Assembly: GCA_035285545.1 (NCBI GenBank)
Contig: JAYKGY010000052.1
Location: 1 to 21,664 of the forward strand
Source: Snowella sp.
Lineage (GTDB): Bacteria > Cyanobacteriota > Cyanobacteriia > Cyanobacteriales > Microcystaceae
Reading direction: 5' to 3'
Length of the DNA: 21,664 nt
In this document: one piece after another, positions 1-8,569 of the stretch
How the letters are laid out: each line of letters starts with the position of its first letter
How positions within the stretch are numbered: the first letter of the stretch is position 1
Notes under the pieces: model-generated
Seen by the model: the letters and a program-made list of their open reading frames with translations, nothing else
What the model was told of the DNA's origin: nothing
Databases searched by the model: none
Program-made: the position numbers and the translations under genes

Positions 1-111
1 GCGGGTCGAGTCTTTGATGATGAGTTAGATTTAGCCTATGCTCTGATTGAAGGAATTGAGAATCGAGCCAGACAAGGTGGATATTCCGTTTCTCGTTTTT
101 CTTTTAATTAA
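1..111 (+). CDS. 3' end of a probable IS630-family transposase (partial, runs off the window)
   Basis: Frame 1 reads AGRVFDDELDLAYALIEGIENRARQGGYSVSRFSFN*, which resembles C-termini of cyanobacterial IS630 DDE transposases (recalled, not searched); the stop codon lies inside a putative terminal repeat. Confidence 0.65.
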   Translation, partial: AGRVFDDELDLAYALIEGIENRARQGGYSVSRFSFN

Positions 112-124
112 GTTGACCTACTTA
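1..124 (+). mobile_element. Right end of a probable IS630-family element; terminal IR ~102-122 followed by a TA target dinucleotide
   Basis: Ends ...TTTTAATTAAGTTGACCTACT-TA; IS630 elements insert at and duplicate TA; the left end is outside the window. Confidence 0.55.
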
Positions 125-143
125 TAAAAAAGGCGATAGATCC

Positions 144-641
144 ATGATGTTTCCTGAACGCATTAAACCCCAGATCGGCCAAGAATCCGTTTGGGACTAC
201 CCCCGTCCTCCTCGAATTGAAATCTCTTCAAAACGAGTACAAGTGGTTTTTAATGATGTCATTATTGCGGATACGCAACGGAGCAAACGAGTTTTAGAAA
301 CAAGCCATCCCCCTGTTTATTATATTCCGCCGGAAGATGTGGAGCAGATTTACCTTCAGAAAAGCTCTCACCGAACCTACTGTGAATGGAAAGGCATCGC
401 CAATTACTACAATATCAGTGTTGAAGGGGAGCAATCGATGAATGCCGCTTGGTATTACGCAAATCCCACTCCCTATTTTGCCGCTTTAAAAGATCATCTC
501 GCTTTTTATCCGAGCCGAGTCGATGCTTGTTATATTAATGGAGAACAGGTTAAAGCCCAGCCTGGGGATTTCTATGGGGGCTGGATTACGAAAGATATTG
601 TGGGGCCCTTTAAAGGGGATCTGGGGACGAGTGGTTGGTAA
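144..641 (+). CDS. DUF427 (NTP_transf_9) domain protein
   Basis: ESVWDYPRPP, VLETSHPPVYYIP, TYCEWKG, AAWYY and FYGGWIT motifs typical of DUF427. Confidence 0.9.
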   Translation: MMFPERIKPQIGQESVWDYPRPPRIEISSKRVQVVFNDVIIADTQRSKRVLETSHPPVYYIPPEDVEQIYLQKSSHRTYCEWKGIANYYNISVEGEQSMNAAWYYANPTPYFAALKDHLAFYPSRVDACYINGEQVKAQPGDFYGGWITKDIVGPFKGDLGTSGW

Positions 642-649
642 TTTGTGCG

Positions 650-729
650 AAAAAAGGAAAAGCTTTAAGGAGTCTTGCCGTGTTTCGACCCTCTCTACTT
701 TTCCTTATTTACTCTTACTCCTCACACAC
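650..729 (-). ncRNA. yfr2: Yfr2-family (Cyano-1 motif) small RNA
   Basis: Minus strand starts GUGUGUGAGGAGU (conserved Yfr2 5' end), followed by a long hairpin: outer stem AAGGAAAAG/CUUUUCCUU, inner stem GGGUC/GACUC, loop GAAACACGGCAA, then U6. An extended -10 (TGtTAATTT) lies 6 nt upstream. Confidence 0.75.
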
Positions 730-735
730 AAGTAC

Positions 736-744
736 AAATTAACA
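736..744 (-). promoter_or_regulatory. Extended -10 element of the Yfr2-like RNA
   Basis: TGnTAATTT at -15..-7 relative to G729. Confidence 0.55.
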
Positions 745-770
745 AGATTTTCATCGAATAAGCCAATCTG

Positions 771-796
771 GTGTGACACTTTTTCATCTGTCACAC
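771..796. promoter_or_regulatory. Perfect inverted repeat GTGTGACA-N10-TGTCACAC, candidate operator upstream of the sRNA
   Basis: 8-bp arms seen directly; positioned -42..-67 from the inferred TSS at 729. Confidence 0.4.
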
Positions 797-921
797 TTGT
801 GAATTGACGGAAGACAAAGCTTCTGGCTGCTCTATAGGTGGTTAGACGCGATCGCTGAGAGGACGGTTCAACGCAACAGGAAATAGGAATTAAAGGAAGG
901 GGGAAAGTATCAAAGCGGATG

Positions 922-955
922 AAAAAGCCCTCCAGTCGGGAAGGATTGAAGGGGC
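922..955 (-). terminator. Intrinsic terminator downstream of sppA
   Basis: Minus strand GCCCCTTCAATC-loop-GACTGGAGGGC followed by TTTTT, 25 nt after the sppA stop. Confidence 0.6.
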
Positions 956-980
956 AAAACACTTTATAAATAAACCGCGT

Positions 981-2774
981 TTAACGAAAATTCCAATTCA
1001 ACGGTAAACGGGCATAAATGGCTCTAGGGTCATTGAAGGCTTGTAAAACGGTTAATTCTTGTTTGAACTTTTCCCATTCGAGGGTTAGGGGATCGCTGGA
1101 TTTTAGTGGAGTAATAGCCTTGACTTGAAAGATTTTTCCTAATAAGGCTTCTTCCCAGCCTTTTTTTGCGGGATATTCGGCAATTTCCCAGTCTTTCCCC
1201 ACATTGGCTTGAGTCGCGGCATAGGCGATCGCGTCTTTTAAACTCCCCATCTCATCAACTAAACCGATCTGTTTGGCTTCTTCCCCTGACCAAACTCGAC
1301 CCTGGGCAATTTCAGCCACCTGTTCCTTGGTTAACCCCCGTGATCGAGCCACCTTATCTAAAAATAGATTGTAAACTTGATTCACACTTTGTTGATAAAT
1401 AGCTAATTCTTCAGGGTTTTTCGGGCGAATACTGCTATTGAGATCGGCCAATTTTGCTGTTTTGACCGTATCCCAACTTAAGCCTAATTTATTGCCAATT
1501 TTTTCGGTATTTAACAACAAACCAAAAACCCCGATAGACCCTGTAATCGTATTGGGTTCGGCAAAAATATGTTGTCCGCCAGTTGCAATCCAATAACCGC
1601 CCGAAGCGGCTACATCGCCCATAGAAATAATCACCGGCTTTTTGGCTTTAATTAACTCAACTTCTCGCAAAATGACATCCGAAGCGGTTGCACTGCCCCC
1701 TGGACTATTAATGCGTAGCACAACAGCTTTAACGGCATCATCATTGCGAATTTTTCGTAACTCCCGCGAAAAGCGATCGCCGCCAATTCTTTGCAAGGCA
1801 CCATCCCCATTGACAATTTCCCCCTCGGCATACACAACAGCGATTTTGTTGGCAGAGCGTTGCTCAGGAACTGCTTTAACCGCCACGTCTTGATAACTTT
1901 CTAGGGAAATTTGGCGGAACGTTTGGTCTTCTTTGGCAGAGATTTTTTTGAGTTTTTCTAAGACCTCATCCCAATAGGCCACTTGATCAATTAACCCTTT
2001 TTCTTGGGCCTTTTGAGCCGTTAATAGACCCTGATTGTCGGCGATCGCCTGAAGCTGAGCCATCGGTAGCTGACGAGTTTGGCCGACAGTCTCTGCAAAA
2101 TTCTGCCAACGCTGACTCAATAAAGTTTGTAATTGTTGACGATTTTCAGGGCTTAAATTCCCCCGAATAAAAGGTTCTATGGCTGATTTATAGCTGCCAA
2201 CGCGAATTGCTTGCACCCCAATGCCATACTTTTCAAACGCGCCAGCATAGAAGAGGGGTTGGGTACCAAAGCCATTGATCGCTAAACCACCCATTGGATT
2301 TAAAATGACTTCATCCGCTACGGAGATGAGATAGTAGTCAACCTCTTCCCAATCCATGCCGTAGGCAATAATTTTTTTGCCGGCTTGACGAAATTTCTCT
2401 AATGCCTCCCGTATTTCCGATAGGGTAGCATAGCCTTTGGTGGCATTAGACTGACGACCATCCAGAAAAATTGCCGTAATCTGACTATCCTGACGGGCCT
2501 TATCAATAGCAGCTACCGTTTTCCGTAGGGTTAAGGCTGACTCATTGGAGGAACTAAAGGCCTGGTTTAGGGTAAAAGCGGGTTCAGTATCCCGAATGGC
2601 AGTGCCCAAATCAACCATGAGAACGGTTTTATCTTTAATAGTGGGGCTACTATCCTGAGCCAATAACAGGAGCAACAGGAGTAAACCACTTGCGCCTAAC
2701 GTTACAGTTGCCAACAGGAGAGCCGTCATTGTACCGATTAAACTGGCTAAAACTTGTTTAAAAAATTGATTCAT
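981..2774 (-). CDS. sppA: Signal peptide peptidase SppA, 67K type (peptidase S49)
   Basis: N-terminal TM helix, tandem S49 domains, GSYKSAIEPF, LRINSPGGSA, SMGDVAASGGYWIA, TITGSIGV, AQGRVWSG. Confidence 0.95.
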   Translation of the reverse strand: MNQFFKQVLASLIGTMTALLLATVTLGASGLLLLLLLLAQDSSPTIKDKTVLMVDLGTAIRDTEPAFTLNQAFSSSNESALTLRKTVAAIDKARQDSQITAIFLDGRQSNATKGYATLSEIREALEKFRQAGKKIIAYGMDWEEVDYYLISVADEVILNPMGGLAINGFGTQPLFYAGAFEKYGIGVQAIRVGSYKSAIEPFIRGNLSPENRQQLQTLLSQRWQNFAETVGQTRQLPMAQLQAIADNQGLLTAQKAQEKGLIDQVAYWDEVLEKLKKISAKEDQTFRQISLESYQDVAVKAVPEQRSANKIAVVYAEGEIVNGDGALQRIGGDRFSRELRKIRNDDAVKAVVLRINSPGGSATASDVILREVELIKAKKPVIISMGDVAASGGYWIATGGQHIFAEPNTITGSIGVFGLLLNTEKIGNKLGLSWDTVKTAKLADLNSSIRPKNPEELAIYQQSVNQVYNLFLDKVARSRGLTKEQVAEIAQGRVWSGEEAKQIGLVDEMGSLKDAIAYAATQANVGKDWEIAEYPAKKGWEEALLGKIFQVKAITPLKSSDPLTLEWEKFKQELTVLQAFNDPRAIYARLPLNWNFR

Positions 2775-2789
2775 GAGGTTATTGAACGA

Positions 2790-3755
2790 TTAGTGCCGCA
2801 GGGTATCGGTTTTCTCCAAGGCATCTAGTAAGGGGTCAACATCGTAATTATTGCCAATCACTGATTTCATTCCTTCTAGGGTTGAAACGATACTACGAGG
2901 ATCCATGAACATGACCTTACTGCTTTCACTGCGGCCGATAGTGGTGCCCATATCGAGGTAATTTTGCGCTAAGAGAAATTGTAACGCTTCCCTGGTGTGG
3001 GGATCGGTACTAATTTTTTGTGTAATGATGTTGATCGATTGCGCGATCGCCTCGGCTTTGAGAATTTGTTGCTGACGGTCGGCCTCTGCTCGGAGAATCG
3101 CTGATTTTTTCATCGCTTCCGCTTCTAAAACGCTGGCTTGGGCTTTCCCTTGGGCGGAATTAATGGCAGAATCCCGCTCTCCTTCGGAGGTGAGAATGGC
3201 GGCTCGTTTTTTGCGCTCTGCGGTCATTTGCATTTCCATCGACTCTAAAACCGCTTTAGAGGGCATAATATCCCGTAATTCAACCCGCGTTACCTTAACG
3301 CCCCAGGGATCGGTGGCAATATCCAAGTCTCGCAGAAGGACTTCGTTAATTTCCGAACGGGCAGTAAAGGTCTGATCTAATTCTAATTGCCCGATTTCTG
3401 AGCGAATTTGTGTTAAAACCAGGTTCACCATCGCCGATTGTAAATTCTCGACTTTGTAATAAGCTTTTTCCATATCGACAATGCGCCAATAAACGACCGC
3501 ATCAACCGTGATGGATACATTATCTTTGGTGATACAGGCTTGGGGCGGAATGTCGAGCACTTTTTCGCGGATAGTTTCTTTGTAAACAATTTTGTCTAAA
3601 AAAGGAAAGAGAAAATTGAGGCCAGGTTCTAGTTTTTTGTTGTAACTTCCCAATCTTTCGACTAAATATTCATTTTTTTCATTCACAATTTTGACAGAAC
3701 TAAAGAGGGCAGACCCTCCAAAAAACAAAACAAAGAAAAAGAAAAAGCCTTCCAT
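2790..3755 (-). CDS. SPFH/band 7 stomatin-like (paraslipin) membrane protein
   Basis: N-terminal hydrophobic anchor, [52 protein letters not shown] coiled coil. Confidence 0.93.
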   Translation of the reverse strand: MEGFFFFFVLFFGGSALFSSVKIVNEKNEYLVERLGSYNKKLEPGLNFLFPFLDKIVYKETIREKVLDIPPQACITKDNVSITVDAVVYWRIVDMEKAYYKVENLQSAMVNLVLTQIRSEIGQLELDQTFTARSEINEVLLRDLDIATDPWGVKVTRVELRDIMPSKAVLESMEMQMTAERKKRAAILTSEGERDSAINSAQGKAQASVLEAEAMKKSAILRAEADRQQQILKAEAIAQSINIITQKISTDPHTREALQFLLAQNYLDMGTTIGRSESSKVMFMDPRSIVSTLEGMKSVIGNNYDVDPLLDALEKTDTLRH

Positions 3756-3882
3756 ACGTTTCTCCTAAAATCTTTAACTTTTATTCAGAGCAATCCGTTT
3801 TAAAAAGGGGTCGTTATTTAACCCAAAAATGTCTAACCCTAATTTAACCTGTAATTTTTTTTAAACCTTGATAAATTAATCA

Positions 3883-4305
3883 TTATTCAAGGGTTGGATA
3901 GACAATCAAGGTATTGCCTTTTCTGCTGACCACATAGACTTTTTGGCCCGTTGTAATGGTAATGTGTTGGTCTTGACATTCGGCCCGCCAAGAATTCCCT
4001 TCGTAGAGGACTCGTCCTGATTTTCCTCGTGAAATAGGCGTTAAGGCTTCGGCTTCGATCGCGTCTTGATGTTCTAATAATTTTTTGGAGCGTTTCGGCA
4101 CAAACCGTCGAGATGCTATGACGAATAAGGTGGAAAGAATTAACCAGAGGGAAACCTGGAGGCCAAAACTGGGAACGACTAAGGCAATCAGGGCAACCGC
4201 GATCGCGCTAATTCCCATCATCAAGGCGACAAAGGCGGTCGGCAAAAACAATTCCATTAAGCAGAGAACCGAACCAGCAATGATCCATAGTAAAACAGCA
4301 TTCAT
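3883..4305 (-). CDS. Short NfeD-family protein (TM helices + C-terminal OB fold)
   Basis: Two to three TM segments, GRVLYEGNSWRA and GNTLIV motifs; directly upstream of the SPFH gene as is typical. Confidence 0.88.
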   Translation of the reverse strand: MNAVLLWIIAGSVLCLMELFLPTAFVALMMGISAIAVALIALVVPSFGLQVSLWLILSTLFVIASRRFVPKRSKKLLEHQDAIEAEALTPISRGKSGRVLYEGNSWRAECQDQHITITTGQKVYVVSRKGNTLIVYPTLE

Positions 4306-4422
4306 GTTTCCCCTGGGCGAGCCTTGTTCACGATAAAGGCGTTTTAAACTATTCCAGCCTATCCTAACCTAAGCTCAGACGGTTAGGGAATAATTAAAAA
4401 TTCTGGCAAAAGTGCCCAATCA

Positions 4423-4440
4423 GTTACATTTATTTACCAA
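4423..4440 (+). promoter_or_regulatory. HLR1-like (RpaB) direct repeat
   Basis: GTTACATT-TA-TTTACCAA vs consensus (G/T)TTACA(T/A)(T/A)-N2-(G/T)TTACA(T/A)(T/A), one mismatch; -10 TATGAT at 4478-4483. Confidence 0.6.
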
Positions 4441-4528
4441 TGTAGTCTGGATAGCATTTTTATCCGAGAGAGTGAGTTATGATCAAAATTAGCGTAAAGA
4501 ATACGTTTTCGTTAAGAGAGTGATAATC

Positions 4529-4732
4529 ATGACCAGCGCGACTTTAGATTCCAATCTTCAACTTAGTAGCGATTCGGCAGTGTGGGAAAGTCTTAAGCAA
4601 GCGATCGCGAAAAGTTCAGGCTTTAAGTGTTGGCAAGAAGAACAGACTTTAGAACAGACCGATCTTTCTGGTTCTCTAGATGCTCAAGTGCGTCATTACC
4701 TACGGCAAACCCTCGAAACCTTAGCTTACTAA
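4529..4732 (+). CDS. Small hypothetical protein (67 aa), probably conserved in cyanobacteria
   Basis: ATG at 4529; WESLKQAIAKSSGF..W and YLRQTLETLAY motifs look like a cyanobacterial small-protein family (recalled); has its own promoter and terminator. Confidence 0.75.
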   Translation: MTSATLDSNLQLSSDSAVWESLKQAIAKSSGFKCWQEEQTLEQTDLSGSLDAQVRHYLRQTLETLAY

Positions 4733-4756
4733 ATCCATCGGACTCCTTTATTCTTT

Positions 4757-4788
4757 TTCCCCTATTCTGACTTGAGTAGGGGAATTTT
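4757..4788. terminator. Hairpin terminator between convergent genes
   Basis: TTCCCCTATTC-tgactt-GAGTAGGGGAA followed by TTTT on the + strand. Confidence 0.65.
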
Positions 4789-4799
4789 AATGTCTAACT

Positions 4800-5954
4800 T
4801 TAATGGGGATCGGAATTGAAAGCACTAATACAACGGGGATCGAGTAGGGTGGCTTTTTCCGGTTCCCTAGGAAACCAAGGAGCCGTTTTTTTGCAAACTT
4901 CTACCAACATCAACATAACAGGGACTTCGATTAAAACCCCAACGACGGTGGCTAAGGCGGCACCCGAATTTAAGCCAAATAGCATCACCGCAGTGGCGAT
5001 CGCGACCTCAAAATGATTGCTAGCCCCCACCAAAGAAGCAGGAGCGGCATCTTCGTAGGCTAAGTTGAGTTTGAGGGCAATGACGTAGGTAATGAAAAAG
5101 ATAAAGTTGGTTTGAAGAAACAGAGGAACGGCAATCAAGACAATATGCAAAGGATTATTAATGATCAGTTCTCCTTTGAAGGCAAAGAGTAAAACTAGCG
5201 TAATTAATAACGCCGCGATCGCCACAGGACTGAGATATTGTAAAAATTGCTTTTCAAACCACTCTTTGCCCTTATGCCGCAAAATCCAATAACGGCTATA
5301 AATCCCACAAATTAACGGTAAACCGACGTAAATCAATACGGATAAGACAATAGTTTGCCAAGGAACCGTTAGATCACTGGCAGCGAGTAACCATTTGCCT
5401 AAGGGGGCATAGAGAAACAGCATGGCCAAGGAATTGACCGCGACCATAATCAGCGTATGACCTTGATTGCTATAGGAAAGATAGCCCCACATCAATACCA
5501 TTGCCGTACAAGGGGCAATTCCCAGTAAAATACAGCCCGCAATGTAGGAATTGGCTAACGAGACGGTCTGCCCGTTAATGATTTCTGTGCCTTGCAAGAA
5601 GGGAAGAAACAACCACCCCAGAAAAAATTGAGCAAAGACGACCATGGTAAAAGGTTTAATCAGCCAGTTCACCACCAAGGTCAACAAAACGGGTTTAGGG
5701 GCTTTAGCCGCTTTGACAGCTTGGGAAAAGTCAATTTTGACCATGATGGGATACATCATAAAAAACAGGCAAATCGCAATGGGAATCGAAACGTTGTAAA
5801 TGCTGAGGGCATCAAGTTGTTGCGCGATCGCCGGAAATAGTTTGCCTAGACCAATTCCCAAAAGAATACAAATTATGACCCAAAGAGTCAGATATTTTTC
5901 AAAAAAGCTGAGATTTCCGCCCGCTCTGACGGCATTAGGGTTGAGTTGCACCAT
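4800..5954 (-). CDS. arsB: ACR3-family arsenite efflux transporter
   Basis: [51 protein letters not shown]; start placed at ATG 5954 because the longer ORF would run over the ArsR operator. Confidence 0.95.
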   Translation of the reverse strand: MVQLNPNAVRAGGNLSFFEKYLTLWVIICILLGIGLGKLFPAIAQQLDALSIYNVSIPIAICLFFMMYPIMVKIDFSQAVKAAKAPKPVLLTLVVNWLIKPFTMVVFAQFFLGWLFLPFLQGTEIINGQTVSLANSYIAGCILLGIAPCTAMVLMWGYLSYSNQGHTLIMVAVNSLAMLFLYAPLGKWLLAASDLTVPWQTIVLSVLIYVGLPLICGIYSRYWILRHKGKEWFEKQFLQYLSPVAIAALLITLVLLFAFKGELIINNPLHIVLIAVPLFLQTNFIFFITYVIALKLNLAYEDAAPASLVGASNHFEVAIATAVMLFGLNSGAALATVVGVLIEVPVMLMLVEVCKKTAPWFPREPEKATLLDPRCISAFNSDPH

Positions 5955-5993
5955 GGTTGACCCCGTTAACGACGCTGTGACTTTTTTAGAATA

Positions 5994-6011
5994 CATCAAA
6001 AAAAATTGATG
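5994..6011. promoter_or_regulatory. ArsR operator CATCAA-N6-TTGATG upstream of acr3/arsB
   Basis: Perfect palindromic arms matching the ATCAA-N6-TTGAT ArsR site known from Synechocystis arsBHC. Confidence 0.8.
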
Positions 6012-6049
6012 AGTCAAGGGAAGAAAAAGCGTCTTGTTTACCGTGCAAA

Positions 6050-6382
6050 TTATTCTATCGTCTCAGAACAAAGTCGAGCAGGATGAATCGCACTATAGCG
6101 ACGATAGGTTGATAAATATTCTTCTAAGACTAAGAATTGAGCGAGATTAAGCCGATAATAAATCCAGCGTCCTTCTTGACGGGCTTGAACCAGATTCGCG
6201 TCTTTTAGATTTTTAAGATGGAACGATAGTTTGGATTGATTAATGCCTAATACTTCACATAATTCACAGACACACAATTCCTGCGATCGCAATAAATCTA
6301 AAACCTTGAGACGTAGTGGATCGGACAGCGCATGAAATCCCGCAATGATTTCCGTTGAGGGAGTCGTTGTTAAACCATTCAT
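6050..6382 (-). CDS. arsR: ArsR/SmtB-family As(III)-responsive repressor
   Basis: [17 protein letters not shown] metal-binding motif, [15 protein letters not shown], adjacent to acr3. Confidence 0.92.
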   Translation of the reverse strand: MNGLTTTPSTEIIAGFHALSDPLRLKVLDLLRSQELCVCELCEVLGINQSKLSFHLKNLKDANLVQARQEGRWIYYRLNLAQFLVLEEYLSTYRRYSAIHPARLCSETIE

Positions 6383-6396
6383 CAAAATTAATTGAA
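6380..6396. promoter_or_regulatory. Second ArsR operator (ATCAA-N6-TTGAA) overlapping the arsR start codon
   Basis: One mismatch to the site at 5995-6010; -10-like TAAAAT on the minus strand at 6422-6427. Confidence 0.6.
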
Positions 6397-6579
6397 ATCA
6401 ATAAAAGAGGGCAGTCTGTTCATTTTATCCGAGGCCTGGAGAAATAGAACCCACCGTTTAACGAAATACACTTCGGAAACTGTCCGAGGGAAAGCCCAAT
6501 ATCCCTGCCCGTTTGATTACCTAGAAATAAGAGGTTATCCACACATTACAGATTCAAATAAGCATTCAGTGAAGATACC

Positions 6580-7311
6580 ATGTATAAGCAACTTTTAATG
6601 GCTGGGATTGGCCTCGCTTTTTTAGGAACTCAAGCGGGGATTGCCGCCCCTATCCGCAGACCTGCGCCCCCTGATGTCATTATCAATTCCGATCCCCAAC
6701 CTTCTGTGCCCACCGCTTCAGGCAATCCCCAATCCCTTGATCCCCGTTTTAGCTGCCAATATTTCAATGGGCAACCGACAGTAATGTACCGCCCTGAAAG
6801 CCAACCCGGAAGGGCTTATCCTTGGGCTGTTCCCCGTACCTTGGGAGATGGCTGGACAGCGGAGCGTCGGTGTCAAGAAATTAGTCAACGTTTGGAACGA
6901 TATCGCCCCGACGGTTTAGACGAACTGAGAACGGGTTTTGAAAATGGCTATCAAACCATTTGTGTAACAACGGCATCGGTTCCCCAGTGTCGAATTGTGC
7001 TGACCGTTCCCCCCGGACAAAATGCGGAAGTTGTCCGCGATCGCGTTTTTGAATCGATTTCCATCGCCGATAGTGGCCAAATGACCCAGGGCGTAAATGC
7101 CTTTACCGGCAACAATAATAATTTTGTCAATCAATTAGGGCGACTGTTTAATGTTCCCCTGCCCAAAACCTCTGCAATGACTCCGAGACGCAATGGGATT
7201 AATTTACGACCTTTCCTTGCAACGGAAGATGGGGGAACGGGAGAACGCTTAACTCGAACTTCACCGCGATCGGGTTCTTCCAATCGTTTTAATCCGGGCC
7301 AATTTCGTTAG
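6580..7311 (+). CDS. COP23 domain protein, secreted
   Basis: Signal peptide, Pro-rich linker, RFSC...GWTAERRCQEISQRL...GFENGYQTICV...CRIVLTV pattern of COP23. Confidence 0.85.
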   Translation: MYKQLLMAGIGLAFLGTQAGIAAPIRRPAPPDVIINSDPQPSVPTASGNPQSLDPRFSCQYFNGQPTVMYRPESQPGRAYPWAVPRTLGDGWTAERRCQEISQRLERYRPDGLDELRTGFENGYQTICVTTASVPQCRIVLTVPPGQNAEVVRDRVFESISIADSGQMTQGVNAFTGNNNNFVNQLGRLFNVPLPKTSAMTPRRNGINLRPFLATEDGGTGERLTRTSPRSGSSNRFNPGQFR

Positions 7312-7387
7312 ATCGCTCTAGAGCAGAAATTTAAGATGTATTGAAGCCGACTAAATCACCGAATTCTACGATTGATTGTTGGGTTTG

Positions 7388-7409
7388 GGGCGTAACCCTC
7401 GCGCCCTAT
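7388..7409 (-). repeat. REP-like GC-rich hairpin
   Basis: Minus strand ATAG-GGCGCGA-GGG-TTACGCC, an imperfect stem preceded by a GTAG-like tetranucleotide; intergenic. Confidence 0.4.
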
Positions 7410-7516
7410 CCAATGATTAATTGGGAATTTGGCAATGGAAAGCGATTAGATCCCAGATTGCTCAAGAAATCGTTAAACTATTAGTCTCTGGACTTTTATC
7501 TGTTTTTGTTGCGATC

Positions 7517-8050
7517 ATGTCCAATCAAGTTATTGAAATCCTCTCTGCTGAAGAGATTCGACGCACGATTAACCGACTGGCCTCCCAACTGATTGAGCGA
7601 TCGGGAGATCTATCTCAATTGGTTTTACTGGGGATTTATACCAGGGGCGTTCCGTTGGCAAACTTGATTGCTCAACAAGTTGAAGTTTTAGAGCAGATTA
7701 AAATTCCTGTCGGCGCGATCGATGTGACGTTCTATCGGGATGATCTGGATCGTATTAAAACGCGAACCCCTGCCAAGAGTAAGATTCCGGTCGATTTAAC
7801 GGGGAAAACCGTTGTTTTGGTGGATGATGTCATTTATAAAGGTCGCACGATTCGGGCTGCGTTGAATGCGGTTACTGAGTACGGCAGACCTCAAGTTATT
7901 CGTTTATTAAGCTTAGTTGATAGGGGGCATCGGGAGTTACCCATTCATCCAGATTTTACCGGCAAACAATTACCCACCGCTTCAGAAGAACAGGTAAAAG
8001 TTTATTTACAAGAAATTGATGGACGGGATGCAGTGGAGCTAATCAAGTAA
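7517..8050 (+). CDS. pyrR: Bifunctional pyr regulator / uracil phosphoribosyltransferase PyrR
   Basis: [51 protein letters not shown]; start ATG 7517. Confidence 0.96.
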   Translation: MSNQVIEILSAEEIRRTINRLASQLIERSGDLSQLVLLGIYTRGVPLANLIAQQVEVLEQIKIPVGAIDVTFYRDDLDRIKTRTPAKSKIPVDLTGKTVVLVDDVIYKGRTIRAALNAVTEYGRPQVIRLLSLVDRGHRELPIHPDFTGKQLPTASEEQVKVYLQEIDGRDAVELIK

Positions 8051-8199
8051 TTTTCCTCGTCAATCTCAATCATGCTATCTCTCTGGCTCAATCCTGTTTT
8101 TTGATATATTCGGCCTTCAGCGATCGCTGTTTTTTGAATAAGGGTCTTACTGAGTCAGGAAAATATACCAGAAAAACTTCAAACTCAAACATTTTTAAC

Positions 8200-8367
8200 A
8201 TGACTGCGCTAATGAATAGTAATCCGACTAATCAAGCTCAAACCCATTCCTCCCCAGAGAAAACTCACGACTCAGACCAGGAACCGATTCTCTGTCCCCA
8301 TTGTTTACGAACAGCGAGCAATGGCATTAAATGTCGGGGCATTTGTGTTGCCGATAGCGATTATTAA
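8200..8367 (+). CDS. Cys-rich microprotein (51-55 aa), possible metal/Fe-S binding
   Basis: ATG 8200 or 8212; low-complexity N-terminus, then CPHC-x9-C-x3-C and VADSDY at the C-terminus. Confidence 0.65.
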   Translation: MTALMNSNPTNQAQTHSSPEKTHDSDQEPILCPHCLRTASNGIKCRGICVADSDY

Positions 8368-8569
8368 GCATTAATTGAGTTGACTAAAAATATTTTCCAT
8401 ATTTGATTTTTTGTAATTTGATGTAACAATCAAGACTTGCCTAATTGCAGTATGATGTGCAATATTATTGATGAGTAGTGCGTGAAAAATACCTGTAAAA
8501 CCAGTGATTTTACTGAATTCGCTACTTGCTTTTGTAACATTGATTTCTTCTTATCTCACACAATACAAT

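Noticed and set aside
717..727. Yfr1 motif ACTCCTCACAC on the + strand
   Set aside because: No terminator hairpin directly follows it as in Yfr1; it is better explained as the reverse complement of the Yfr2 5' end, which has a promoter, hairpin and U-tail on the minus strand
523..962. ORFs 523-807 (+) and 705-962 (-)
   Set aside because: They overlap DUF427, the sRNA and the terminator; no recognisable motifs
5955..6017. N-terminal extension of acr3 in the ORF track
   Set aside because: It spans the ArsR operator and promoter; ATG 5954 fits better
6392..6598. 68-aa ORF between arsR and COP23
   Set aside because: Lies across a divergent promoter region, starts with TTG and has no motifs
7421..7516. 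PyrR N-terminal extension or a pyr attenuator
   Set aside because: PyrR similarity begins at ATG 7517; no PyrR-binding loop or terminator/antiterminator seen, and no pyr genes adjacent
8423..8456. NtcA-like site GTAacaatcaaGAC upstream of the nuclease-ParA gene
   Set aside because: Imperfect (GAC instead of TAC) and only 14 nt from TATGAT rather than about 22
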